64,000 nt of DNA. Source: Bacteroidota bacterium (lineage in GTDB: Bacteria > Bacteroidota > Bacteroidia > Flavobacteriales > Flavobacteriaceae). Position 1 is the first letter of the stretch. Each line of letters opens with the position of its first letter. Below, in pieces: positions 19,253-27,349 of this stretch. The stretch spans positions 126,625 to 190,624 of the forward strand of contig JAYQTK010000006.1 in the NCBI GenBank assembly GCA_038147335.1. Direction: 5' to 3'. The notes beneath the pieces are model-generated. The model saw only the letters and a program-made list of their open reading frames with translations, was not told the DNA's origin and made no database searches. Position numbers and translations under genes: made by a program.

Positions 19253-20136
19253 TTTACTGAATTAATTGAGCTATGAATCTCTGATATCATACCATCCACT
19301 AAGCCTACTTTAGGAACAAAAAGTTTATTTGTGTTTGCCCAATCCATAGTAGAAATAAATATTTTAAGCGCAGGAATTATTACATCAGCTCTATCTGGGT
19401 TCAGATTATATTTTATCATTCTATTAGTTATATCTTTTTCTAATAAGTTGTTATATAGATTTTTAATTGAGAGATAAGAAATAGGTTTACCAGATTTAGT
19501 TCTAGTCATATCCTGTATTTTATTAATATTTCCCCCTGTAGCAAAAACTTTCAGTTTTGATTCGTCTTCAATATTTTCATTAATCCATTCTTTGATTTCG
19601 TCAAATACTAATTCATCAACTAAATTATTTAATAATCTTACTGTTCCAATGTTAAAAGATTTAGACTTTTTGTCATCACCCCTTCTAACAATTGAATATT
19701 CAGTACTTCCTCCTCCTACATCAACATATAGGTATGTTTTGTCAAAATCTAACTTTTCAATTGGATTTCCCATTGCTATGACTTTAGCTTCTTTAAGTCC
19801 ATCAATTAATTTAATCTTCATTCCAGTTAGATCGAAAATCTGCTTAATTACATCATTTGAGTTTTTAGAATCTCTAAGTGCAGAAGTAGCATATATTTTG
19901 TAATGCTCAACTCCATGAACTTCCATTGTATATTTAAATGATAAAAGTGCATTGGATAAAGTATTAATCTTATCATCAGAAATAGATCCGGTTTTAAAGG
20001 AATCTTCTCCTAATCTCAGTGGTAACCTAATGTATTGATTTTTTTGAAAAAAATATTCATCTTCATTCATTAGGACATAACAAATCAACATCCTAACTGC
20101 ATTTGAACCTATATCAATAGCTGCGATCTTTCTCAA
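19249..20136 (-). CDS. ppx: Ppx/GppA family exopolyphosphatase
   Basis: 295 aa. N-terminus AAIDIGSNAVRMLI and VDVGGGSTE phosphate-binding motifs of the ASKHA-fold Ppx/GppA family. Confidence 0.88.
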   Translation of the reverse strand: MRKIAAIDIGSNAVRMLICYVLMNEDEYFFQKNQYIRLPLRLGEDSFKTGSISDDKINTLSNALLSFKYTMEVHGVEHYKIYATSALRDSKNSNDVIKQIFDLTGMKIKLIDGLKEAKVIAMGNPIEKLDFDKTYLYVDVGGGSTEYSIVRRGDDKKSKSFNIGTVRLLNNLVDELVFDEIKEWINENIEDESKLKVFATGGNINKIQDMTRTKSGKPISYLSIKNLYNNLLEKDITNRMIKYNLNPDRADVIIPALKIFISTMDWANTNKLFVPKVGLVDGMISEIHSSINSVN

Positions 20137-22178
20137 TTATTTAAAATTTTTTTAAAATAAGTATATGTATACCATTGAGATCTGATATTTGATTTAGAGT
20201 TTCTTAAAAAACTGTTTTGCATATCACTATTTATCAATCTTGTTTTAACATTATCATTAGCAGTAATCTCAAGAGTATCAAGTACTTGTTTTTTTAAATT
20301 ATCCTGATAAATTGGACAAGCTACCTCAACCCTCTTTTCAATATTTCTTGTCATTAAATCTGCTGATGATATATATACTTTTTTGTCTCCACCATTTTCA
20401 AATACATAGACTCTTGAGTGCTCAAGATACCTATCAACGACACTTTTAACTTCAATGTTATCACTAAATCCTAATTTATTGGGAATAAGACAACATATTC
20501 CTCTAATTAACAATTTAATTTTTACACCATGTTGACTAGCTTCATATAACTTGTCAACAAATTTATAACTGGTGAAACTATTTAGTTTCAGAATGATTTC
20601 TGAGTAAATGCCTTTTTTTGCATTATCTATCTCATTATCAATTAGCTGAAATATTTTGTTTGTAGTATGATGAGGAGAAACAATTAAGTGTTTATAATCA
20701 TGTATTTTATAGCTAACCTGGAGAAAATCAAATACTTTGCTAACCTCTTTTAGAATTTTTTGATTTGATGTAAATAAAGTAAAGTCAGAGTATACTCTTG
20801 CTGTAGTCTCATTAAAATTTCCAGTACTTACAAAACCGTATAATCTTTTCTTATTATTCTCAATTCTTTCAATCAAACAAATTTTGGAGTGAACCTTTAA
20901 ACCTTTTACACCAAAAATTAAATCAACACCAGCAGCTTTTAGTTGCTGGGATACTTTAATATTATTTTCTTCATCAAATCTAGCTTGTAATTCAATTTGA
21001 ACTAGAACTTTTTTTCCATTTTTTGCTGCATTAATTAATGAACTAATTACATTGGATTGCCTAGAGAGCCTATATAAAGTTATTTTAATTGATTTTACAC
21101 TAGGATCAATAGCAGATTGTCTTAACAAAGAAACTAAATAAGAAAATGAGTGATATGGTGTATACATTAAATAGTCTTTTTTTGATATTTGATCAAGAAG
21201 ATTAGACTCAATTTCAAAATCTCTAATATTTAGTGGTTTCTTTTTAGGATATAAGAGATCTGATCTATTTAATTCAGGAAAATCCATAAAATCACTTCTA
21301 TGATGATATTTTCCACCTGGAATCAAACTGTCATATGATGAAATGTTTATTTTTTTAATTAGATAATCAAGAGTAGGCTCAGGAATACTCTTATCATAGA
21401 CAAGTCTTACTGGATTTGATATTTTTCTTTTATTTACATACTCTTGAATTTTTTTTATGTAGCTTTTTGATAAATCTATATCGTCAATGTCAAATTCTGC
21501 ATCTCTAGTAATCTTAAGCATGTGGGCTTCAATTTTTGAATAATTAAAAAAACTAAAAATAATATGTAGATGGTATCTAATTATATCATCAATAAACATT
21601 ATATATTGTCTATCTCCATTTTTAGGTAGTACAACAAATCTGCTGATATCTTTTGGTATTTCAACCAGAGCATAAATATTTGACTTATCTTTTAATTTAA
21701 GGTTAACAATAAGGAAAGCCTTATTGTCATTAAAATCATGTTTTTTATTATTTGATAAGATTATGGTTACCAGTGACGGGCTAATCTTTCTAATAAAGTA
21801 ATCTTTTAAAAATTCTTTTTGATTTTCTAAAACTTGATTTTCATTTATAAAAAATATATTTTCTTTTTTTAATGATTTTTCAATTGAGTTTAAAATTTTA
21901 GAACTTTCATTTTGAAGCTTAATTACTTTTTTTGTTATGTCGTCTAAAAGATTTTTTGCAAGTATATTATCCTTATTTCCTTTTTTAGATGCTTTTTCAT
22001 CTGCAATTCTCTTTACAGTAGCATATCTTACCTGAAAGAATTCATCAAGATTATTGGAAAAAATTCCAATAAACCTTAGTCTCTCTAATAAAGGTACATC
22101 CTTGTTAGACGCCTCTTGGAGAACTCTAGCATTAAAATCTAACCAACTTAATTCTCTATTTATATATTTAAGACTCAC
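20133..22178 (-). CDS. ppk: polyphosphate kinase 1
   Basis: 681 aa. N-terminus INRELSWLDFNARVLQEA...LERLRFIGIFSNNLDEFFQVR is the PPK1 signature. It overlaps ppx by 4 nt. Confidence 0.96.
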   Translation of the reverse strand: MSLKYINRELSWLDFNARVLQEASNKDVPLLERLRFIGIFSNNLDEFFQVRYATVKRIADEKASKKGNKDNILAKNLLDDITKKVIKLQNESSKILNSIEKSLKKENIFFINENQVLENQKEFLKDYFIRKISPSLVTIILSNNKKHDFNDNKAFLIVNLKLKDKSNIYALVEIPKDISRFVVLPKNGDRQYIMFIDDIIRYHLHIIFSFFNYSKIEAHMLKITRDAEFDIDDIDLSKSYIKKIQEYVNKRKISNPVRLVYDKSIPEPTLDYLIKKINISSYDSLIPGGKYHHRSDFMDFPELNRSDLLYPKKKPLNIRDFEIESNLLDQISKKDYLMYTPYHSFSYLVSLLRQSAIDPSVKSIKITLYRLSRQSNVISSLINAAKNGKKVLVQIELQARFDEENNIKVSQQLKAAGVDLIFGVKGLKVHSKICLIERIENNKKRLYGFVSTGNFNETTARVYSDFTLFTSNQKILKEVSKVFDFLQVSYKIHDYKHLIVSPHHTTNKIFQLIDNEIDNAKKGIYSEIILKLNSFTSYKFVDKLYEASQHGVKIKLLIRGICCLIPNKLGFSDNIEVKSVVDRYLEHSRVYVFENGGDKKVYISSADLMTRNIEKRVEVACPIYQDNLKKQVLDTLEITANDNVKTRLINSDMQNSFLRNSKSNIRSQWYTYTYFKKILNN

Positions 22179-22656
22179 TGTTTATATTGTTTATATAATA
22201 AGTTGGTTTTAAACCAATTATTTCAGACCAGGAATCTGTATCAAATTTTAAACAAAACCATCTGGCAGTTGGTAAATTTAAAATTTTATTTTCAGAAAAA
22301 TAATTTGAAATTTCTGTATAAGCAGGATTATGTCCAACCAAAAGTATGTTTGAATACTTATCATCAATTTGTTTAATAAAATCAAACACTTCAAACATGT
22401 CAAAAGTATACAGTTCGTTACAAATAATAATTTTTTTTAAATCTATTTGTAAAGAGTTAGCTAAAATTATACATGTGTGAATCGCTCTATTTGCAGGGCT
22501 AGAAAAAATAATTTCAAATTCACCAAAAGTATCTCTTGATAAATTTGACACTTTCTTAATCTTATTTATACCAAATTCATTTAAAGGCCTATTTATATCA
22601 GAAACATCATATTCCCATGAAGACTTAGAGTGTCTTAGAAAAGTTATGGTTTTCAT
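22168..22656 (-). CDS. histidine phosphatase superfamily protein, SixA-like phosphohistidine phosphatase
   Basis: 162 aa. LRHSKS (RHG-type catalytic motif) and a LVGHNP second histidine motif, with a size like SixA. It overlaps the ppk start by 11 nt. Confidence 0.8.
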   Translation of the reverse strand: MKTITFLRHSKSSWEYDVSDINRPLNEFGINKIKKVSNLSRDTFGEFEIIFSSPANRAIHTCIILANSLQIDLKKIIICNELYTFDMFEVFDFIKQIDDKYSNILLVGHNPAYTEISNYFSENKILNLPTARWFCLKFDTDSWSEIIGLKPTYYINNINSES

Positions 22657-23295
22657 TTATGGAGATAGTAATTTATATTCCCAAGTATCTTTTTGAAAAT
22701 TACATAATACTCTATTATGAAGTCTATTCTTCCTGCCTTGCCAAAACTCAATTTGATTAATAAATATTTCTATACCACCCCAGTTATTTGGCCTTTTAAG
22801 TTTAGTGTTTTTATTTTGCTCAATAAAAGAGTTATATTTTTCTAAAAGAGATTCATAACTATCAATATCTTCACTTTGATTTGATATTATAGCAGCAGCC
22901 TGACTCTCAAAAGGTCTTGAATTAAAATAATCTTCCGATTCAACCGAAGATATCTTTTTAGCATTACCTTTAATTATAACTTGTCTCTCAAGTGGAGGCC
23001 AATAAAACGAAGCACAAATATTTTCATTTTTATCAAGAGATTTACCTTTATTACTGTTATAATTTGTAAAAAAAATAAGACTCCTTTCTTTAATTTGTTT
23101 CAATAATACAACTCTTGAGGATGGAAATGAATTTTCATCAACAGTTGAAATTGTCATAGCATTAGGTTCAATAATTTGATCAGAATTTTCAGCTTCTTTA
23201 AACCATTTCACAAAAAAATCGATTGGATTATCTCCAATGTCATTTATACTCAACTTATCTTTGGTATATGATTTTCTGTAATTAAATAATTCCAT
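22657..23295 (-). CDS. pdxH: pyridoxamine 5'-phosphate oxidase
   Basis: 212 aa. PSSRVVLLK, IEFWQGRKNRLHNR and the C-terminal LSP motif typical of PdxH. Confidence 0.93.
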   Translation of the reverse strand: MELFNYRKSYTKDKLSINDIGDNPIDFFVKWFKEAENSDQIIEPNAMTISTVDENSFPSSRVVLLKQIKERSLIFFTNYNSNKGKSLDKNENICASFYWPPLERQVIIKGNAKKISSVESEDYFNSRPFESQAAAIISNQSEDIDSYESLLEKYNSFIEQNKNTKLKRPNNWGGIEIFINQIEFWQGRKNRLHNRVLCNFQKDTWEYKLLSP

Positions 23296-24236
23296 TATTC
23301 ATTAATTGAAAAGTTTAATTTGGAAGCCAATAAGTACATTATTGCCATTCTGATTGCAACTCCATTTTCTACTTGTTCTAAAATAATAGAATTATTTGAT
23401 TCTACAAGATCAGAAGTAATTTCTACTCCTCTATTTATAGGTCCAGGATGTAGAATTAAAATATCTTTTTTTATAGAACTAATTTTATTTTCATCTAGAC
23501 CAAAAAGCATAGAATACTCTCTATTATCTGGAAAATATGATTTTATCATTCTTTCTCTTTGAACTCTTAGTACATTAACAGCATCACACCATCTTAATGC
23601 TTTTTGAATATCTGGTTCAACAGATACATTTAATTTTTCAATATCCTTTGGAACTAGACTAAGTGGACAAGAAATCTTTACATTGGCTCCCAATAGATTT
23701 AATAAATATAGATTAGAAAGAGCAACTCTTGAGTGAAGAATATCTCCGACAATTAATATATTTTTACCCTTTAAGTCTCCAATTTTTTCAAATATTGAAA
23801 ATGAATCAAGTAAAGCCTGTGTAGGGTGCTCATGAGCTCCATCTCCAGCATTAATTATACAAGATTCTGTATGTTTTGAAAGAAGTATAGATGATCCTGG
23901 ATTGGGATGTCTTAAGACAATCATATCAACTTTCATAGCCAAAATATTATTAACTGTATCAATTAATGATTCACCTTTCTTAACAGAAGAAGAAGAGCTT
24001 GAAAAATTAATAACATCAGCCCCTAGTCTTTTTTGAGCTAATTCGAAAGATATTTTAGTTCTAGTACTATTTTCAAAAAAAAGATTTGCAATTGTAATGT
24101 CCCTAAGTGTTGGAACTTTTTTAATAGGTCTGTTTATTACTTCTTTAAAGTTTAGTGCTGTGTCAAAAATAAGATCAACATCAGCCTTATTTAAAAACTT
24201 TATACCATGAAGATGATCTACACTTAACTTTCTCAT
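23295..24236 (-). CDS. pyrB: aspartate carbamoyltransferase catalytic subunit
   Basis: 313 aa. STRTKISFE carbamoyl-phosphate motif, HPTQALLD, HPGP. Confidence 0.96.
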   Translation of the reverse strand: MRKLSVDHLHGIKFLNKADVDLIFDTALNFKEVINRPIKKVPTLRDITIANLFFENSTRTKISFELAQKRLGADVINFSSSSSSVKKGESLIDTVNNILAMKVDMIVLRHPNPGSSILLSKHTESCIINAGDGAHEHPTQALLDSFSIFEKIGDLKGKNILIVGDILHSRVALSNLYLLNLLGANVKISCPLSLVPKDIEKLNVSVEPDIQKALRWCDAVNVLRVQRERMIKSYFPDNREYSMLFGLDENKISSIKKDILILHPGPINRGVEITSDLVESNNSIILEQVENGVAIRMAIMYLLASKLNFSINE

Positions 24237-24773
24237 CTAACTTTCAATAAAGACTTTATTATTTACAGGCTTATCATCCCATATTACTTTTACCTTATCC
24301 CCTTTAAAAGTATCAATCTTTGTTCCACAATAGTTTGCTTCAATTGGGATTTCTCTCTTAAATCTTCTATCAACAAGGACAAGAAGCTCAATTGACTTTG
24401 GCCTTCCATATGAGTCAATTGCTGACATTGCAGCTTTAATACTTCTTCCTGTGAAAAGCACATCATCTATTAACACAATCCTTTTATTTTCTAATGTGAA
24501 ATTAATTTGAGTAGAATTTGCTGAAAGAGTTTTCTCTGTCCTTCTAAAATCATCTCTAAAAAAAGTAAAATCTAGTATACCACTTTTAATTTTTATTTTA
24601 GGATGATTAGTTTCAAATACCTTTAAAATTTGATTAAACAAATAAACCCCTCTTGGTTGAAGACCAATTAGAACAGTGTCTTTAAAATCTTTATGGTTCT
24701 CAATAAGTTCGTATACTAATCTTGATAAAATTAGATGTATTTTTTTTGAATCTAAAAGGATTTTTTTTGGCAT
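24237..24773 (-). CDS. pyrR: bifunctional pyr operon regulator / uracil phosphoribosyltransferase
   Basis: 178 aa. PRPP-binding motif VLIDDVLFTGRS and typical PyrR length. Confidence 0.9.
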   Translation of the reverse strand: MPKKILLDSKKIHLILSRLVYELIENHKDFKDTVLIGLQPRGVYLFNQILKVFETNHPKIKIKSGILDFTFFRDDFRRTEKTLSANSTQINFTLENKRIVLIDDVLFTGRSIKAAMSAIDSYGRPKSIELLVLVDRRFKREIPIEANYCGTKIDTFKGDKVKVIWDDKPVNNKVFIES

Positions 24774-24788
24774 CTTGATCTATTAATA

Positions 24789-24796
24789 CAAAAATA
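24789..24796 (-). promoter_or_regulatory. -7 box TATTTTTG upstream of pyrR
   Basis: TAnnTTTG on the minus strand, 16 nt upstream of the pyrR ATG and just downstream of the rpsA terminator. Confidence 0.45.
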
Positions 24797-24820
24797 TAAA
24801 TTCTACATTAAGTGTTGTTT

Positions 24821-24847
24821 AAAAAAAAATCCTCATAAATGAGGATT
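24821..24847 (-). terminator. rho-independent terminator after rpsA
   Basis: Perfect 8-bp stem AATCCTCA / TGAGGATT with a 4-nt loop, followed on the minus strand by a run of 7-9 T (plus-strand A-run 24821-24829, partly shared with the stem). It starts about 10 nt after the rpsA stop. Confidence 0.75.
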
Positions 24848-24857
24848 ATTTTAATAA

Positions 24858-26639
24858 TTATTCTTCTTCAGAATCAATATCATCAACTTTAGCATCATCC
24901 GGTTCTTCTGGAGCTGAATCTTTATGAGTTAGAAGATGTGATACAACAACTCTTTTAAATTCCTTACTAAACTCTATAACTTTAAAATCTACCTTGTCTC
25001 CTTTAGATAATTTAGATCCATCTTCTTTGTCAAGATGTCTAGTTGGACAAAAAGCAGAAATATCTTCATTAAAGTTTATTATAGCTCCTTTTTCAATAAC
25101 TTCAGAAACTTCAGAATTATGAAGTGTATCTACAGCAAAATCTTTTTCATATACATCCCATGGATTAGGTTTTGTTTGTTTATGACCTAAACTAAGTTTT
25201 CTACCCTCAACATCAAGATCAAGAATAACAACTTCAATTTTGTCATTCAATGCTAAAAATTCTGAAGGATGTTTAATCTTTTTCGTCCATGATAAGTCAG
25301 ATATATAAATTAAACCGTCTATACCTTCTTCAAGTTCAATAAAAACTCCAAAGTTTGTAAAGTTCCTTACAGACCCAGTATGTTTAGAGCCTATTGGGAA
25401 CTTCTTAGTAATATCAGTCCAAGGATCTTGTGTTAATTGTTTAATTCCCAAAGACATTTTTCTAGATTCTCTATCAAGAGTTAAAACTACAGCCTCAATT
25501 TCATCTCCAACGTTTACAAAATCTTGAGCACTTCTTAAATGTGTTGACCATGACATCTCAGATACATGGACTAGGCCTTCTATACCTTCATCAACTTCTA
25601 CAAATGCACCATAATCTGCTATTACAACTACTTTACCTTTTATCTTAGAACCTTCTTTTACATCATCTCCTAATTTATCCCATGGGTGATCAGTTAATTG
25701 TTTAAGACCTAATTGAATTTTGGATTTATCATCATCAAAATCTAGTATTACAACTTTAATTGATTGGTCAAGCTCTAAAATCTCAGATGGATGATTTATT
25801 CTACTCCATGACAAATCTGTAATATGAATTAGGCCATCCACACCACCTAAATCAATAAATACTCCATATGAAGTCATGTTTTTAACAGTTCCTTCAAGAA
25901 CTTGTCCTTTCTCAAGCTGACCAATAATCCCTTTCTTTTGTTCTTCAATATCAGCTTCAATTAAAGCCTTGTGAGATACAACTACATTCTTGAATTCGTG
26001 ATTAATCTTAACCACTTTGAAGTCCATGTTCTTGTTAGTGTATTGATCGTAATCTCTTATTGGTTTGACATCTATCTGAGATCCTGGAAGGAAGGCTTCA
26101 ATACCAAAAACATCTACAATCATACCACCTTTTGTTCTACACTTAACAAAGCCTTGAACAACTTCACCAGAATCATGAGCTGCATTAACTCTATCCCAAG
26201 CTTTAATAACTCTTGCTTTTCTATGAGAAAGAACTAATTGGCCAGATTTATCTTCTCTTGTATCTACAATTACTTCAACTTTATCACCTAATTTAAGATC
26301 AGGATTATATCTAAACTCATTTTTTGAAATTACTCCTTCTGACTTAGCATTAATATCAATAATGACATCTTTCTCTGTCATATGAATCACTTCACCTAGA
26401 ATAATATTATCATCTGAAGTATCAACAAAATTTTTCTCTACCAACTTCTCAAATTCCTTAATTTGTTTCTCATCTAATTCGTCAATACCTTCCTTGTATT
26501 GATGCCAGTTAAAATTGGTTAAGAAATCATCTTGTGGATCAACCTTTTTGGTTGACTTTTTAGCAGGAGCTTTTTTTGGAGTTTTTGTTAGTGTCTTTGA
26601 CTCCTCAGGTTTAGTTTTTTCAGTATTTTCTTCGCTCAT
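24858..26639 (-). CDS. rpsA: 30S ribosomal protein S1
   Basis: Six S1 (OB-fold) repeats. I prefer ATG 26639 (MSEENTEK) over the track's TTG at 26648, because that TTG lies inside the predicted -7 box. Confidence 0.95.
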   Translation of the reverse strand: MSEENTEKTKPEESKTLTKTPKKAPAKKSTKKVDPQDDFLTNFNWHQYKEGIDELDEKQIKEFEKLVEKNFVDTSDDNIILGEVIHMTEKDVIIDINAKSEGVISKNEFRYNPDLKLGDKVEVIVDTREDKSGQLVLSHRKARVIKAWDRVNAAHDSGEVVQGFVKCRTKGGMIVDVFGIEAFLPGSQIDVKPIRDYDQYTNKNMDFKVVKINHEFKNVVVSHKALIEADIEEQKKGIIGQLEKGQVLEGTVKNMTSYGVFIDLGGVDGLIHITDLSWSRINHPSEILELDQSIKVVILDFDDDKSKIQLGLKQLTDHPWDKLGDDVKEGSKIKGKVVVIADYGAFVEVDEGIEGLVHVSEMSWSTHLRSAQDFVNVGDEIEAVVLTLDRESRKMSLGIKQLTQDPWTDITKKFPIGSKHTGSVRNFTNFGVFIELEEGIDGLIYISDLSWTKKIKHPSEFLALNDKIEVVILDLDVEGRKLSLGHKQTKPNPWDVYEKDFAVDTLHNSEVSEVIEKGAIINFNEDISAFCPTRHLDKEDGSKLSKGDKVDFKVIEFSKEFKRVVVSHLLTHKDSAPEEPDDAKVDDIDSEEE

Positions 26640-26645
26640 AGTGCG

Positions 26646-26676
26646 CAAAAATATAATTTATTAATTTATTGACAAA
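26646..26676 (-). promoter_or_regulatory. rpsA promoter: -33 TTTG, 19-nt spacer, -7 TATTTTTG
   Basis: Minus strand: TTTG at 26676-26673, a 19-nt spacer, then TATTTTTG at 26653-26646. The ATG lies 7 nt after the final G. Confidence 0.55.
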
Positions 26677-26699
26677 GCTTAGATATGTTTTTTATTACT

Positions 26700-27344
26700 T
26701 TAAAAAGTAATTTTTTCAAGTATTTCCTCAAATACCTGATCAATAGCTAGATAGCTTACATCAATTCCATAAGCATCTTCAGCTTTTTTGAGTGGAGCAA
26801 TTTCTCTGGTTGAGTCTATATCATCTCTTTCTTTTATCTCTCTTTCAATAGATTCAATTTTGACAGTTTCATCATTTATTTCTTTATGACGCCTTTGAGC
26901 TCTAATTTCAGGAATAGCATACAAGAAGAATTTATAATCAGCATCAGGAAACACAACAGTTCCAATATCCCTTCCATCAACAACTATAGAATTTAACTTA
27001 GATGATTTTCTTAAAAGATTATATACAAAGTTTCTTATTTCAGGTTTTTTTGCATATTCACTAACATTTACTGACACCTTATGCCCTCTTATTTTAGATG
27101 TTACATCTTCACCATTTAAAAAGATTGAGAAACTATCATTTTCAAATTTTTGAGAAATATCAATTTTACTAAAAAGATCCTTTCCTAATGTTTCTTTTGG
27201 GTTTATTTGATTTCTTATTAAATAAAGAGTTATTGCCCTATAGTATGCGCCTGAATCTCTATAATTAATATTTAACCTTTTTGCAATTTTCTTTGCCTGA
27301 GTACTTTTGCCAGTAGAGGCCTCACCATCAATTGCTATTATCAT
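26700..27344 (-). CDS. cmk: cytidylate kinase
   Basis: 214 aa. P-loop IAIDGEASTGKST and typical Cmk length. Confidence 0.92.
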   Translation of the reverse strand: MIIAIDGEASTGKSTQAKKIAKRLNINYRDSGAYYRAITLYLIRNQINPKETLGKDLFSKIDISQKFENDSFSIFLNGEDVTSKIRGHKVSVNVSEYAKKPEIRNFVYNLLRKSSKLNSIVVDGRDIGTVVFPDADYKFFLYAIPEIRAQRRHKEINDETVKIESIEREIKERDDIDSTREIAPLKKAEDAYGIDVSYLAIDQVFEEILEKITF

Positions 27345-27349
27345 AAAAA

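Noticed and set aside
24821-24847. The hairpin upstream of pyrR as a PyrR-binding attenuator.
   Set aside because: The loop and stem lack the PyrR binding consensus (ARUCCAGAGAGGYU-like). The hairpin plus U-tract sits directly after the rpsA stop and upstream of the pyrR -7 box, so it is better explained as the rpsA terminator.
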